From positions 2,604,001 to 2,668,000 of the forward strand of contig NC_083445.1 in the NCBI RefSeq assembly GCF_020745735.1: a stretch of 64,000 nt of DNA. The letters are read 5' to 3'. The notes under the pieces were generated by a model. It saw nothing but the letters and a program-made list of their open reading frames with translations. It was not told where the DNA came from and did not search any database. Of the stretch, positions 38,434-50,110 are shown in pieces. How positions within the stretch are numbered: position 1 is the stretch's first letter; every line of letters starts with the position of its first letter. The stretch is from Hemiscyllium ocellatum (taxonomy: Eukaryota). Both the position numbers and the translations under genes were made by a program.

Positions 38434-38461
38434 CCCTAACCCTAACCCTAACCCTAACCCT
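38434..38461. repeat. Short interstitial telomeric repeat (CCCTAA)4-CCCT
   Basis: Perfect vertebrate telomere hexamers. Confidence 0.9.
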
Positions 38462-38705
38462 GACAGCATCTCCTGAGCTGGAGTATGAACCCATGAAGAA
38501 GGTGACTGTGTGAGGATCCTGATGAAGTGGAGGAGGAGTGGAGAGTTATGTGTCTACCCCATGGGCTGATGGGAAATTATATCCAAAGCAATGGCAACAA
38601 CACGGTCCAGAAACAAATACAACTGTTCACACAGGAAAGCAGGAGGCTATTCAGCCCATCCAGCCTGGCTAAACAAATACTTTGCCTTTTATCCTCCTCA
38701 TCGAG

Positions 38706-38925
38706 TACAGGCAGTCCCCAGGTTGTGAACGGGATTCTGTTCCAGACTGCGTTCTCAAATTGCTTGGCCGCAGGTCAGAACATGATGCAGGATAATATCG
38801 AACAGCTTGTAAATACCAGGAAATGTCTGTCTGCTAGATCGGTAAAAATTACACCCCTGATTAGTCTCACATTTCATAACTTCAAGCATCGTAAGACCAA
38901 CACTTCAAAATTGGGACCTCCTTCC
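38706..38925. mobile_element. Possible Tigger/pogo-type MITE remnant
   Basis: TA-CAGGCAGTCCCCAGGTTGTGAAC left terminus; only a degraded GGGACCTCC counterpart at about 38913-38921. Confidence 0.4.
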
Positions 38926-38939
38926 CCCTACACCCTCCC

Positions 38940-41900
38940 CGCAACTGTACAGCAGGGGGGATCAGAAATCATCTCTACCTTAAACAGATTCAGAGACTGA
39001 GCTTCCCCAGGTCTTCTTGGGATAGCATTCCTATCAATCACAACGCTCTGAGTAAAAACATCTCTGCTCATCTCACTCCAGTGGTTAGCACTGCTGCCTC
39101 ACAGCAGCAGGGACCCGGGTTCAATTCCACTCTCAGGTGACTGACTGTGTGGAGTTTGCACATTCTCCCCGTGTCTGTGTGGGTTTTCTCCGGGTGCTCT
39201 GGTTTCCTCCCACAGTCCAAAGATGTGCAGTTAGGGTGGATTGGCCATGGGAAATTGCCCGTAGTGTCCAGAGATGTACAGGCTCGGCAGTTTAGCCAGG
39301 GGAAATGCAGGGTTATGGGGTTAGGTTGGGGGGTGAATTTGGGGAGAACATTCTTCAGAGAGGCAGTGTGGACTTGTTGGGCTGAATGCCCAGTTTCCAC
39401 ACTGTAGGATTCGGTGGAAGTGGCACCCTCTGTAGGTTTGCATTGTTTCCCCCAGCTCGTGACCTCCCAACATCTTCCCTTCAGTATTTTCTCAGTTTCA
39501 ACTCTCAATGGGATCCCCTCTCATTCTTTGCAACTCTAGAGATCACACACCCAGTTTGTCCAAACTCTCTTCAGAGGACAGTCCCACTATCCCGGGAACA
39601 TGTCTGGTGGACTGTAGTTGCACCCTGTCTATAGTAATGATATAGGGAAGGAAACCAAAACTACAGTCTAACCAAGCTCCGATACAATTAAAGCAAGCCT
39701 TCACTCCTCATGTACACAAATCTCCTTGTAATAAAGACTACCATTCCATCAGCCTTTCTCTCGGCTTGCTACTCCTGTAGGTTGGCCTTCAGTGCCGTAT
39801 TGATAAGGACATCTAGGTGCCTTTATCTATCTAAACTTTCCAATCTCTTATCTTTCTCAAAATACTTTGCACGTCTGTTTCTCCCACCAAAGTGGATTAC
39901 CTTATATTTTCCACATTACATCCCATCTGCCATGTTCTTGACCAATCAGGACATCTGTCCAAATCATCCTGAAGCTGTTTTACACCTTCACCCCAACCCA
40001 CATTCCCGCTTTGTTTTGGATCAATGTTACATTTCCTCTCCCCCTCGGTATCATTGGTCGAGATTGTGAGCAGCTGGGGACAAGTTCTGGTCCTTGTGGT
40101 TACCCATCCATCCCAGCTGCCAACATGAGAATGACCCATTTATACCGACTCTCTGTTTCCTGGCTGTTTCCCAATCGGTAATCCTTCCCTCCTATCCCAT
40201 GCATCTTCATCTTTCTAACCAGACTCTTGTAGGGAACCTCATTATAAGTCTTCTGAAAATCTAAATGTATTATGTCCTTGGGCTCTCCATTATCAATTGT
40301 GTTCATAATATCTTTAAAGTTTCCTATTCGCAAATCCATGTTGATCATATCCAATCAAATTACTATCATCCAGGTGTCTATTTATCCCATTGCTTATAAC
40401 AGATTGTGGCAATTTCCTGATGACTGATGTAAGACTAACAGCTGTGTAAGTTCCCTGTTTCCTTTATCTCTCCCTTCTTAAATAATGGGATGCCATTTGC
40501 CAACTTCCAAATCACAGGAATGATTTCAGAGTCTACAGAATCACTGAAGTAACTGATGGACTATCTCCACAGCTCCCTCCTACAACCCTCTGGATGGAGT
40601 TGGCCATGACCTGGGGATTGACTCAGCACCATTAATTTCTCTCATACAATCTTCTTCCTGATACTAATTTCCATCCACTCCTCATTCTCCGGAGCCACTT
40701 GGGTTTGAGTGATTTCTGGTATCATCCTGAGTGAAAGCAGACAGACAGGAATCATTTAGCTGCTCTGCCATTTCTCTATTTCCCTGACCCTGCCTTTAAT
40801 CCAGCCCCATTCATTTCACCAAATGCTTCCTCGTTACATATCTATCAAAGATTTTCTCAGGACTTTGTTGCTTTTTGATTGGTTACACTCAGAATCTGGT
40901 CTCCTTTCCTTACAGGTTGGTTCCTATTGCCCTGACAAATTTTCAGTTTCAATTGATTGCTCCCCCCCCGCCCCAAGCAATTTTCCCTGTGAGGATATTG
41001 TCCCAGTTCCCTTAAAGTGTAACCTCTCCAACTTGTACAGGTCCCACTTACCACCGAACTGCTCCCAATTCTTCAGAAACCTCCTACACCTGATCCTCAG
41101 CCAGCCGTTCGAACGATCGAGCCTTGTGTTCAGGTGGCACTGGGAGTAATCCTGAGATTGCTGCTTTGGAGATCCTGCTTTCTAATTTCCATCTTAACTC
41201 CATGAAATCTGTCTTCAGGACCCCATTGCTTTTTCCTGACAATGTCATGGGCACCAATGTGGATCAGGCATTCTGGTTGAACCCCTCCCCTCACCGCTCG
41301 GAGACATCCTTGACCTTGCCACCAGAAAGGGAACACATCAGCCTGGGGTCACGTTTCCTGCCTGATCCACGGCCCCTGAACCCCCCTGGCACTATTGCTC
41401 TTCCAGTCTTCCTCCTTCCCCCCCATACACCTCAGTCAGCCACAGGACCATAGGCTTGGCTTTGGCTGAACTCCTGGAAGGAGCTGTTATCCTCACCGGT
41501 CTCTGAGATAGTTCACCAACTAGTAACCACGACAGACTCAGGGATTCCCTGCACGACCTGCCTGGTTTTGTTGAACTGCCCAGTGGTCTCCGATCCCCTC
41601 TCTGCTATCTGAAGTGCGCCCCACATCCCAATATGTGCCCTCTGCCTTCTACGGCAGAGGCTGCAGCCACTGTTCCCGTTTGGAATACCGGATACGAAGG
41701 CTGTGCAGTCTGGGCCACACGGTGCGCCTGTACCTTCATACAGACCCACAGGATTGGTCCCTCCACTGGGCCCTCCTGCCCTGCCATCCTATACTAGTTA
41801 AAACGACTTGTGACCTGAGAATAAACCTAGACTTACTGTGAAAACTGACCAAGCTCACTCGCAGCATTAGAGAGATGGTCTACATACTTAAGCATAACTT

Positions 41901-41975
41901 TTCACGTTAAAGGTTGGAAAGACTGACCGAACCTACTCACCAATCAGCTGCTTTCCCTGCACTCCTGACATCATG
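38940..41975 (-). mobile_element. Older, heavily deleted CR1 LINE (ORF1 esterase to 3' end), interrupted by a SINE at 39078-39410
   Basis: Minus-strand ORFs show 'IHIGAHDIVRK' (esterase), 'IHLDFQKTYNEVPYKSL' and 'LQDDLDR...WQMGCNVE' (RT). Confidence 0.75.
39078..39410 (+). mobile_element. HE1-type SINE (longer variant)
   Basis: A/B boxes and V-domain, with an extra internal segment before the tail. Confidence 0.85.
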
Positions 41976-42273
41976 CTGCTGTTAGTCTCAGTGCCAGTAC
42001 AACCTCTCAGTCCACACCTTGTTTTCTCTCTCACTCACCTCTCCCTCTGGAGTCGAGTCTTTATTTTTTGGAGTAGATCTGACATAAAACATTCCTTTCG
42101 GGGGATCCAAGATGGCGGCCACCCAGCAAGTCTGAGTCTATGGTGCTCCTCCCAAGACTTGGGGAAAGTGGGTCACCCGCCCCCACCACACTCACCAAAT
42201 CATTCCAAATAGTTTTTACTTAATGTAATTAGTTGCTTAGCACTGAATTTAAACAATTTAATCTTAAGTAAAA

Positions 42274-43426
42274 ATGACTAAAGGGAAGGGAGCCTGCAGT
42301 CCTCAGCAGGCAGGAACCCCTCCCCCACTCTCCCCAGCTGCTGCAGAGGCGTCCGCAGACGCCCTGGGGGCCTTACCTACGGTGGCGAGCCTCGTGGAAA
42401 TCATCTCCAAACTGGATGCGAAGATCGACGCCTTCGTCGAAGAGTTCCGGAGCCAATGGGACTCACTCTCGACAAATGCACGACCGAGACATCGAGGAAA
42501 TTGAGCGCCAAGTCGGAGGGGCAGGGCTAAATGCCGCGACCTCCGAGACCACTGCAGAATCGGCCATCGATCGGGTCCGGACTCTTGAACAGCAAGCCTG
42601 GACCTTAGAGAGTCACACTGACGACCTCAAGAATCGAGGACTTCGAAAAAATATTCGTTTGCTGGAACTCCCCGAACGGGATGAGGAATGCCAGCTTACA
42701 GCGTTCCTCGAGCAGTGGCTTCCACAGCTGTTAAATGTGGAGGCTGGATCAGGCCGGGTCAGGGTGGAATGGGCCTATCGGGTGGCAGTGCACGGGCCAG
42801 GCCCGAACCAGCGCACCCACCCGGTCCTGTCCCGGCACGAACCAGCGCCCCCACCCGGTCCTGTCCCGGCACGAACCAGCGCCCCCACCCGGTCCTGTCC
42901 CGGCCCGTACCAGCGCCCCCACCCCGTCCTGTCCCGGCCCGAACCAGCGCCCCCACCCGGTCCTGTCCCGGCCCGTACCAGCGCCCCCACCCGGTCCTGT
43001 CCCGGCCCGAACCAGCGCCCCCACCCGGTCCTGTCCCGGCCCGAACCAGCGCCCCCACCCGGTCCTGTCCCGGCCCGAACCAGCGCCCCCGCCCGGTCCT
43101 GTCCTGGCCCGAACCAGTGCCCCCGCCCGGTCCTGTCCCGGCTGCAGAGCTACAAGGAGAGGCAGATGCTCTTAGAAGCTTCCAGAAATCTTGGGAAAGA
43201 TCTCCAAACCATGATTTATAAAGGATCCAAGATTATATTATTTCAGGATTTTCCCCCAGCTCTGGTCTGAAAGAGGAAGGTGTTTGATGAAGCAAAGAAG
43301 TGTTTAAGGGACTTAAATATTCAGTACTCCTTGCGCTACCCAGCGACACAGTGTTTTAACCGTGAAGAGTCCGTGTCTAACTTCGGATCGCCGGAAAAGG
43401 CCAAGGAATTTTTGGACTCTCTTAGA
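42274..43426 (+). pseudogene. L1 ORF1 (coiled-coil/RRM/CTD type), with frameshift and premature stop
   Basis: ORFs 42274..42504 and 42416..43270 join by a frameshift; TGA at 43268-43270 interrupts the C-terminal domain; contains the 34-bp tandem expansion. Confidence 0.8.
42800..43139 (+). repeat. Minisatellite, 10 x 34 bp, inside L1 ORF1
   Basis: Unit GGCCCGAACCAGCGCCCCCACCCGGTCCTGTCCC counted 10 times. Confidence 0.95.
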
Positions 43427-45605
43427 TAAATTGTAAGAGTTAATTGATGTTGTTTTGCTCTCCCCTCACTCACTCAGGTTTACATCCCCTTTTTTTAATA
43501 TGAATCCCTTTTTTTAACCTTACTGTTTAATATTATCGGGGTTGGAGAGAGGGATTTACTTATTTGTTCTCTACTTAGCGATTTTCTGCCCCCCTTTTTT
43601 AATATATATATTGGCCAGGGGTTCTAGTTAAAGTTGGTGGGGGGGAGGTGGTTACCTTATTCTGTTTTATTTCTGTCTTTAGGAGTGGGGTTGTTTTCCC
43701 CTGTTATTTTTTAATATTATATTTAATTATTACTTGTTGAGGCTGTAATTTTATAGTTATATATGTTTATACATGGTGTTAACATTACCAAATATATCCA
43801 GGTGTTGGTATAGGTGGTGGGGGTGGTGGGGGTAGGGTGCTCACTGTTAACTCTAGCACTGCAGTATATTTGAATTTTCTTCATCCTATCGTGGGGTACC
43901 TGGGTCAAGGGTGGGGCACTGGTTGGGAGAGGATATGATGGGCTTTTGGAAAGGAAGTGATGCCCCCTGGGAATAAGGGGGAAAACCTCCATTTAAATAC
44001 GTTTTATATTTTTTATTTAGAAATAGTTTTTTATTATATCAATGTGAGTGTATTAAATGTTTGTAAATTTTATATGCTCTGTGCTCAGAATGTTCTGGGT
44101 AGGGTTTCCCCTCCCGAGGGGTCTCGGACTTGCCCAGTCGATTATGGTTGATCAGTCGGTTAAGTGGTGCACCTGGAATGTCAGGGGGAGTAATTCACCA
44201 ATCAAAAGGAAGAAAACATTATCAAACCTCAAGAAAGGGTTAATATAGCTCTCCTACAGGAGACACACTTATTGGATAAAGAACACTTGAAATTACAACA
44301 GGGTGGATTTGATCAGGCCTTTTTTTCCTTCTTTCAGCTCAAAAAGCAGGGGAGATGTTATTCTTATTCAGAAGAATTTCCCTTTCAAAATCCTAAATCA
44401 GATAAAAGACGAATCTGGACGATATATTCTGATTAAAGTCCTTATAAATGGAGAGGAATATGGGATTTTAAATTTGTATTGCCCCCTGGCACATCCTTTT
44501 AAATTTATAACGGAAACCTTCTCCAAATTGATGGCTCTCGGTGCCTGTCATATAATTATAGGGGGAGACTTTAATTGTATTATGGACCCGGAAATAGATC
44601 GGATTCCCAAGAGTACTGCAGGAGTATCTCCCAGATCTAGACAATTGGTGGATTTGAACAAAGAATTCGGACGAGTAGATGTGTGGAGATGCCTTCACCC
44701 ACAGGGCAGAGATTTTTCTTTCTACTCCAATTCACATAAATGTCACACCAGAATTGATATGTTTTTTGCCCCCTCGATTTTTAAAAATTCCGTCACATCC
44801 TGTAAAATAGGCAGGATACAATTTCCGATCACGCTGCTGTATATATGGAAATCAAGACGAGGAACAATGGGACATCCCCTCGGCGTTGCCGTATGGTCCC
44901 CTTCCTGATGAAAGATAGTAAATTTGTAAAGTACTTCTCTCAAGAATTTAAAACTTTTTTAGAAATTAATTCAGGTACGGCTGGCAACCCATCAATGATG
45001 TGGGAGACCATCAAAGCTTACGCGTGAGGTTTGATCATCTCCTACTCAGCGACCCAGAAAAAATTAAAGGGAGAACAACAGCGTCTGCTCAAAGCTCGCT
45101 TCAGAGCGGCTGACAGACCTTCTACTATCAAATTACAAAGGACTATGGCCCTTAGGACAGCTCTAAACACGACGCTTCCCCAAACGGCTAAGAGGGAAAT
45201 ATAATTTGCAAAACAAAGGTTATATGAATTTGGCGACAAACCTGGTAGATACTTAGCATTTCTTGCAAGGAAAAAGAAGGCCCCTCAAACGATCACATCT
45301 ATCAAGGAAAGTACGGGACTCTGATTCATGATCATAAAAGGATTAACGCAATCTTTAGAAAATTTTATTCTGAGTTATATAAATCGCAGGATTGCAAAGA
45401 CAGGACTAGGAGGATGCAGTCATTTTTTAAAACCCTGACCTTTCCGGAACTCCGGAACAGGTATCGGTTCTGAATATTCCCCTAACAATCCAAGAAATAC
45501 TCGACGCAATCAGGTAACTTCAGAGCGGTAAGGCACCTGGCCCAGATGGCTCTCAAGCTGAATTCTATAAAGGATTTACAGGAATATTGGCTGGTCCACT
45601 TATGG

Positions 45606-45765
45606 GAGAAAGTGAGGTCTGCAGATGCTGGAGATCAGAGCTGAAAATGTGTTGCTGGAAAAGCACAGCAGGCTAGGCAGCATTCAAGGAACAGGAAATT
45701 CGACGTTTCGGGCATAAGCCCTTCATCAGGAATGAGGAAAGTGTGTCCAGCAGGCTAAGATAAAA
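45606..45765 (-). mobile_element. 160-bp Penelope-like element terminus inserted into L1 ORF2, 13-bp TSD
   Basis: GGTCCACTTATGG duplicated at 45593-45605 and 45766-45778; the insert matches the PLE terminal sequence also seen at 13.3, 13.7 and 23.2 kb. Confidence 0.9.
45698..45733 (-). ncRNA. Minimal type-I hammerhead ribozyme, intact core
   Basis: Minus strand ATTC-CTGATGA-A-GGGC-TTAT-GCCC-GAAAC-GTC^GAAT: CUGAUGA and GAAA boxes, 4-bp stem II, stem I ATTC/GAAT, loop-less palindromic ACGU stem III, GUC cleavage triplet. Confidence 0.8.
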
Positions 45766-48539
45766 GGTCCACTTATGGACTTGTCTAACTACACATACAG
45801 TCAGGGCTGTCTCCCGCCTTCGCTGAAAGAGCCGAATATCTCTCTTATCCTTAAAAAAGGAAAGGATCCCGAAGATTGCGTGTCATACAGACCAATATCC
45901 TTGCTAAATGTAGATTTTAAAATCCTCTCTAAAATGTTAGCATTGAGGCTAGAAAGGGTATTGCCACATATCATAAAGGAGGATCAGACAGGGTTTATTA
46001 AGGGCCGTAGATCATCCAATAATGTTAGAAAGGTTTTGAATGTGATTCAAGCCTGTCATCAAGGAAAGATACCAGGAGTAGTCGTCTCATTAGACGCGGA
46101 AATGGCATTCGACAGGGTTGAATGGTCATATCTGTTTTACACATTGGAAAGGTTTGGTGTTGGAAAGGTGTTTACCAAGTGGGTCTCAACACTGTATAGT
46201 GATCCCAAAGCAGTTGTTATTACCAATGGATTAGGTTCGGATAGCTTCAGTGTGGGTAGGGGCTGCCGTCAAGGATGTCCTCTCTCGCCATTGTTATTTA
46301 CGCTAATAATCAAGCCACTAGCAGAAGCTATACGGGCTGACCCTAATATAACAGCCCCGAGGATTGGTACAGGTAAACATAAAATTACCCTTAATGCAGT
46401 GATGTTCTCCTATTCCTCAGTAATCCCCAGATGTCTATGCCTCGCTTAATCCAAATTATTAATACATTTAGTGTATTTTCAGGCTATAAAATTAATTTCT
46501 CAAAATCGGAGGCTATACCAATGGGTGGCCTTGCTAGTATATCCCATCTATTGGGCGGATCCCACCTTCCCTTTCGGTGGTCCCTGGAGGGTTTCTTATT
46601 TTGAGGCATTTTTATTACCCCGGTGTTTGGTCAGTTATACAAGGCTAACTTTGTGCATTTATTGGAAAGGATAAGGCAGGACCTCCAGCGATGGGGAGAC
46701 CTTCCAATTTCCTGGCTGGGTAGAATAGCACTAATTAAAATGAAAGTCCTGCCCCGTCTCCTATATCCTATGAGAATGCTTCCGGTGATGCTGCCAAGAT
46801 TGTATGGCTGGTTGGGTTCCTTTATCTGGAATCATAGACAGCCCCTCATTAAGCTGAAGAAGCTACAGCTTCCACAAGCAAGGGGAGGATTGGATTTCCC
46901 AGATTTTAGGAAATATCAGTTAAGTTCCCTATTAAGCTACATAGCTGATTGGGTCTTGTCTGACCCGCAATCAATCTGGCTGGACATCGAGGCTTCTCCA
47001 GTAAAATGCCCACTTATTAACCTTTTATTTTCAGACAAGAGGAAAATCATTACAGATCACTGTAAAAACCCTATAATACTAAACACAATTAAAGCTTGGA
47101 ATATAATTCGGCAAAATGAGGGCAACTCACATAAAACATCCCCCTATGCACCGATAGTGGGAGCATGGGGATTTCAACTGGGGTTTACAGATGCCACTTT
47201 TAAACTCTGGAGATCCAGGGGTATCTCATGTTTAGGGGATCTATTTAAAGATGGGGTCCTGATGTCTTTTGAACAGCTGCGTCAGAAATTCGGATTACCT
47301 AATGGAGACCTCTTTTGATACTTCCAAATTCGAGATTATATACAGAAGAAGACTATGTTATTAGATAGTCTTTATAAATCAGGTAGAGAATGTAGAGTGC
47401 TCCGGCCAATGGGGGTATCTTCCGTCAGCACTATTTATCATTTACTACATGATGAAGTATCAGGAGATATGGACAATCTGCTTAAAACATGGGATCAGGA
47501 TTTGGAACTGGAAATCTCTATAGAAACATGGAATGACATTTGGGAAAACGCCAGAAGAATCGCCATCTGCAACAGAACTCAGGCTATCCAGCTGAAGATA
47601 CTTCATAGGGCCCATATAGCACCGGATCGATTGGCAAAATTTAAGGCAGGAACATCTCCAATGTGTCCCAAATGTAAAATAGAGGTGGGCACTCTTGTAC
47701 ATTGCTTATGGACCTGTCATAAGATCTGCAGATATTGGACTAGGGTAGCAAGTGCTCTGACAGAAATCTTAGGAATGGAAATTAGAGTGGACTCTATATC
47801 TCTCCTTTTGGGCTTTTCCAACTTACCCTCCCTGGATATGAACGGGAAGAGATTATTTTCTATTCTCTCTTTCTGTACAAGGGAAAACATTTTGGTAAAC
47901 TGGGTGGCTGAGGGCCCCCCTGGACTTTCGAATTGACACAGATTAATCATGAAATGTATTCCCCTTGACTTCCTTACAAATATGGTGCACCGAAAGACCG
48001 CATTATTCCATAAAATATGGCAGCCCTTCTTGAATTACATAAATATAGATATTTCGGCTATCCTAATAAGGGCTTTCATTTAATTGAGATGGTGAACCTG
48101 GCTGGTCCGGGGCCCCTTGGGAGAGGAATCCCGCACGAATACGGGTTTTGTTACGATATGATGTTAACACATTCCGAACATGTATCTCACTACCCAATTT
48201 CTGTGTTATCCGTTTGGTTTTTTTTTCTCTTCTTTGAATAATGTAAGAGACTAATTATACACTCTGGTTAGTTATAGGTTAGATTAGTAGTTAGCTGAGT
48301 TTTGTTTTTTTTCTCGGTTTTTTTGTTTGATAAATTTTGGTTATTATTTATTTAAGATTTAATTGTATATCAATGTTTACACTTGGGTTTTTTTGTAAAT
48401 TTGTAAAAATGTTAAATTTTCAATAAAAATATTGATACAAAAATTCCTTTTCCTCAATGCCATAAATTCTGAGATTGACACAAATTCCCAGTCACTCGCT
48501 GTGCCTCAGCCTCACTCCATGTGTGTGCAGTCTGGAACC

Positions 48540-48680
48540 CTCCTCTAGCTTATCTCTCCACGCTTCAGGCTCACTGCCTTTATTCCCAATGAAGGGCTTT
48601 TGCCCGAAACATCGATTTCGCTGCTCCTTGGATGCTGTCTGAACTGCTGTGCTCTTCCAGCACCACTAATCCAGAATCCT
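48540..48680 (+). mobile_element. PLE terminus with decayed hammerhead
   Basis: ATTC-CCAATGA-AGGGC-TTTT-GCCC-GAAAC-ATC-GATT, then GGATGCTGTCTGAACTGCTGTGC. Confidence 0.7.
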
Positions 48681-49196
48681 ACCCGGAATATTGGGCCATG
48701 ACACCGCTCCGGGCCACAGCAGGACCATGGGACCTGACTGGGAGGTGTTGGTGTGTGTGTGGAGACTTGGGCTCCTGCTCATTCGCAGACTGAGGGACGG
48801 ACTTTGTTTTTCTGGTGACAAGAACTCATGGCAGAGGCAGGGGGAATGATCTGAACATTTGCTTTTCCTTTAGTTGTTTCTTTTATTTCTGCTTCTGTTT
48901 TTAAGCCTGTCTCTTGTACACTAACATCACACTGGAGAATGGCGACTTTGTGCACTTTTCATTGTATTCCTCTACTTGAGTAAATGTGGCGATAAAATCT
49001 GAATCTATAATTAATTTCAGTCTACCCGAAATCCAAACGTTAGACCAGTGTGAATGTACAAACATTACAACAGGGCATGTACCAAAAGGAGTTCTACTAC
49101 AATTAATGTTACTATCAGGAAATTAACTTCTCGTGGCCTTTAATTTTACAGTAACACGTCAAATGTTGGGATTTGAGGGATTTGATCACTATCACA

Positions 49197-49214
49197 CTGC
49201 TCCATCTAGTGGCT
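49197..49214 (-). promoter_or_regulatory. Candidate CTCF site
   Basis: Minus strand AGCCACTAGATGGAGCAG matches the CCASYAGRKGGCR core with one mismatch; lies in non-repeat sequence between the two genes. Confidence 0.45.
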
Positions 49215-49599
49215 GAACCAACAGCTTTCCAACTTCAAAACAGCCAAGTGTGACCATATTATCAAATCAGAAAGGCAGCTTTTTAACAGAAACTGCCCCA
49301 TGAATGTCCACCCTTAATTCAGCAGGCCCAACTCGACTGGCATTGGCAAGTTCGTGGATGACACAAACAAAGACAGGAGCGAAAGTTGTGAGAATGGCCA
49401 GAGAAGATATTGACGCAGAGAGATATTGACAAATGAGTCAGCAAAACAAAACTTGGCAGATGGAAAATACAAGGCTCCTCCGAATTGGCAGGAAGAAGAG
49501 AAGACCTGAATATTGTTTCAATGGAAAAAGACAGCAGGAAGCTACAAAGCAGAGGGATTTAGGGCTCCTTGTGCATTAATCAGAAAATAATAGTGTCCA

Positions 49600-50110
49600 A
49601 TTTATTTGTGTATATTTGTGGGATGTGGGATGTGGGTGTCGCTGGCTGGGACAGCATTTATTGCCTGTCCCTAGTTGCCCTGCAGAAGCTGGGGGTGAGC
49701 TGCCTCTTGAACCGCTGCAGCCCACCTGCTGGAGGTTGATCCACAATGCCCTGAGGGAGGGAATTCCAGGATTTTGACCCAGTGACACTGAAGGAACGGC
49801 GATATATTTCCAAGTCAGGACGGTGAGTAGCTTGGAGGTTAACTTGCAGGGGGTGGTGTTCCCATGTATCTACTGCCCTTGTCCTTCTCGATGGAAGCAG
49901 TTCTGGGTTTGGAAGGCACTGTCTGAGGATCTTTGATGAATTTTTGCAGTGCATCTTGTAGATAGTGCACACTGCAGCTGATGGTGATGAAGGGACTGGG
50001 TGTTTGTGGATATGGTGCTAACTAGGCAGACTGCTTTGTCCTGGATGATGTCAAGCTTCCTGAGTGTTGTTGGAGCTGGCCCTATCGTGGCAAGTGGGCA
50101 ATATTCAACA
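49600..50110 (-). mobile_element. Family-B LINE 3' end
   Basis: ORFs 49658..49972 and 49870..50184 (LRKLDIIQDKA...CTIYKMHC...SWNSLP); tail GGGCAACTAGGGACAGGCAATAAATGCTG. Confidence 0.8.

Larger units (their letters stand above)
44144..48083 (+). pseudogene. L1 ORF2 (APE endonuclease-RT-CCHC), fragmented
   Basis: Collinear ORF pieces 44303..44908, 44845..45027, 45775..46449, 46623..47318 and 47355..47936; catalytic YADD region mutated/frameshifted near 46393-46405. Confidence 0.88.
42099..48442 (+). mobile_element. Full-length, inactivated L1-clade LINE (5'UTR, ORF1, about 700-bp spacer, ORF2, 3'UTR, poly(A) signal)
   Basis: 5' end GGGGGATCCAAGATGGCGGC. ORF1 remnants (RKNIRLLELPE...VEWAYR...IILFQDF). 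ORF2 has APE (WNVRG, GGDFN, TRIDMF), RT (YRPISLLNVDFKIL, DAEMAFDRVEW, GCRQGCPLSPLLF) and a C-terminal CPKC..HCLWTC knuckle. AATAAA at 48422-48427; TSD ATTCCTTT at 42091-42098 and 48443-48450. Confidence 0.92.
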
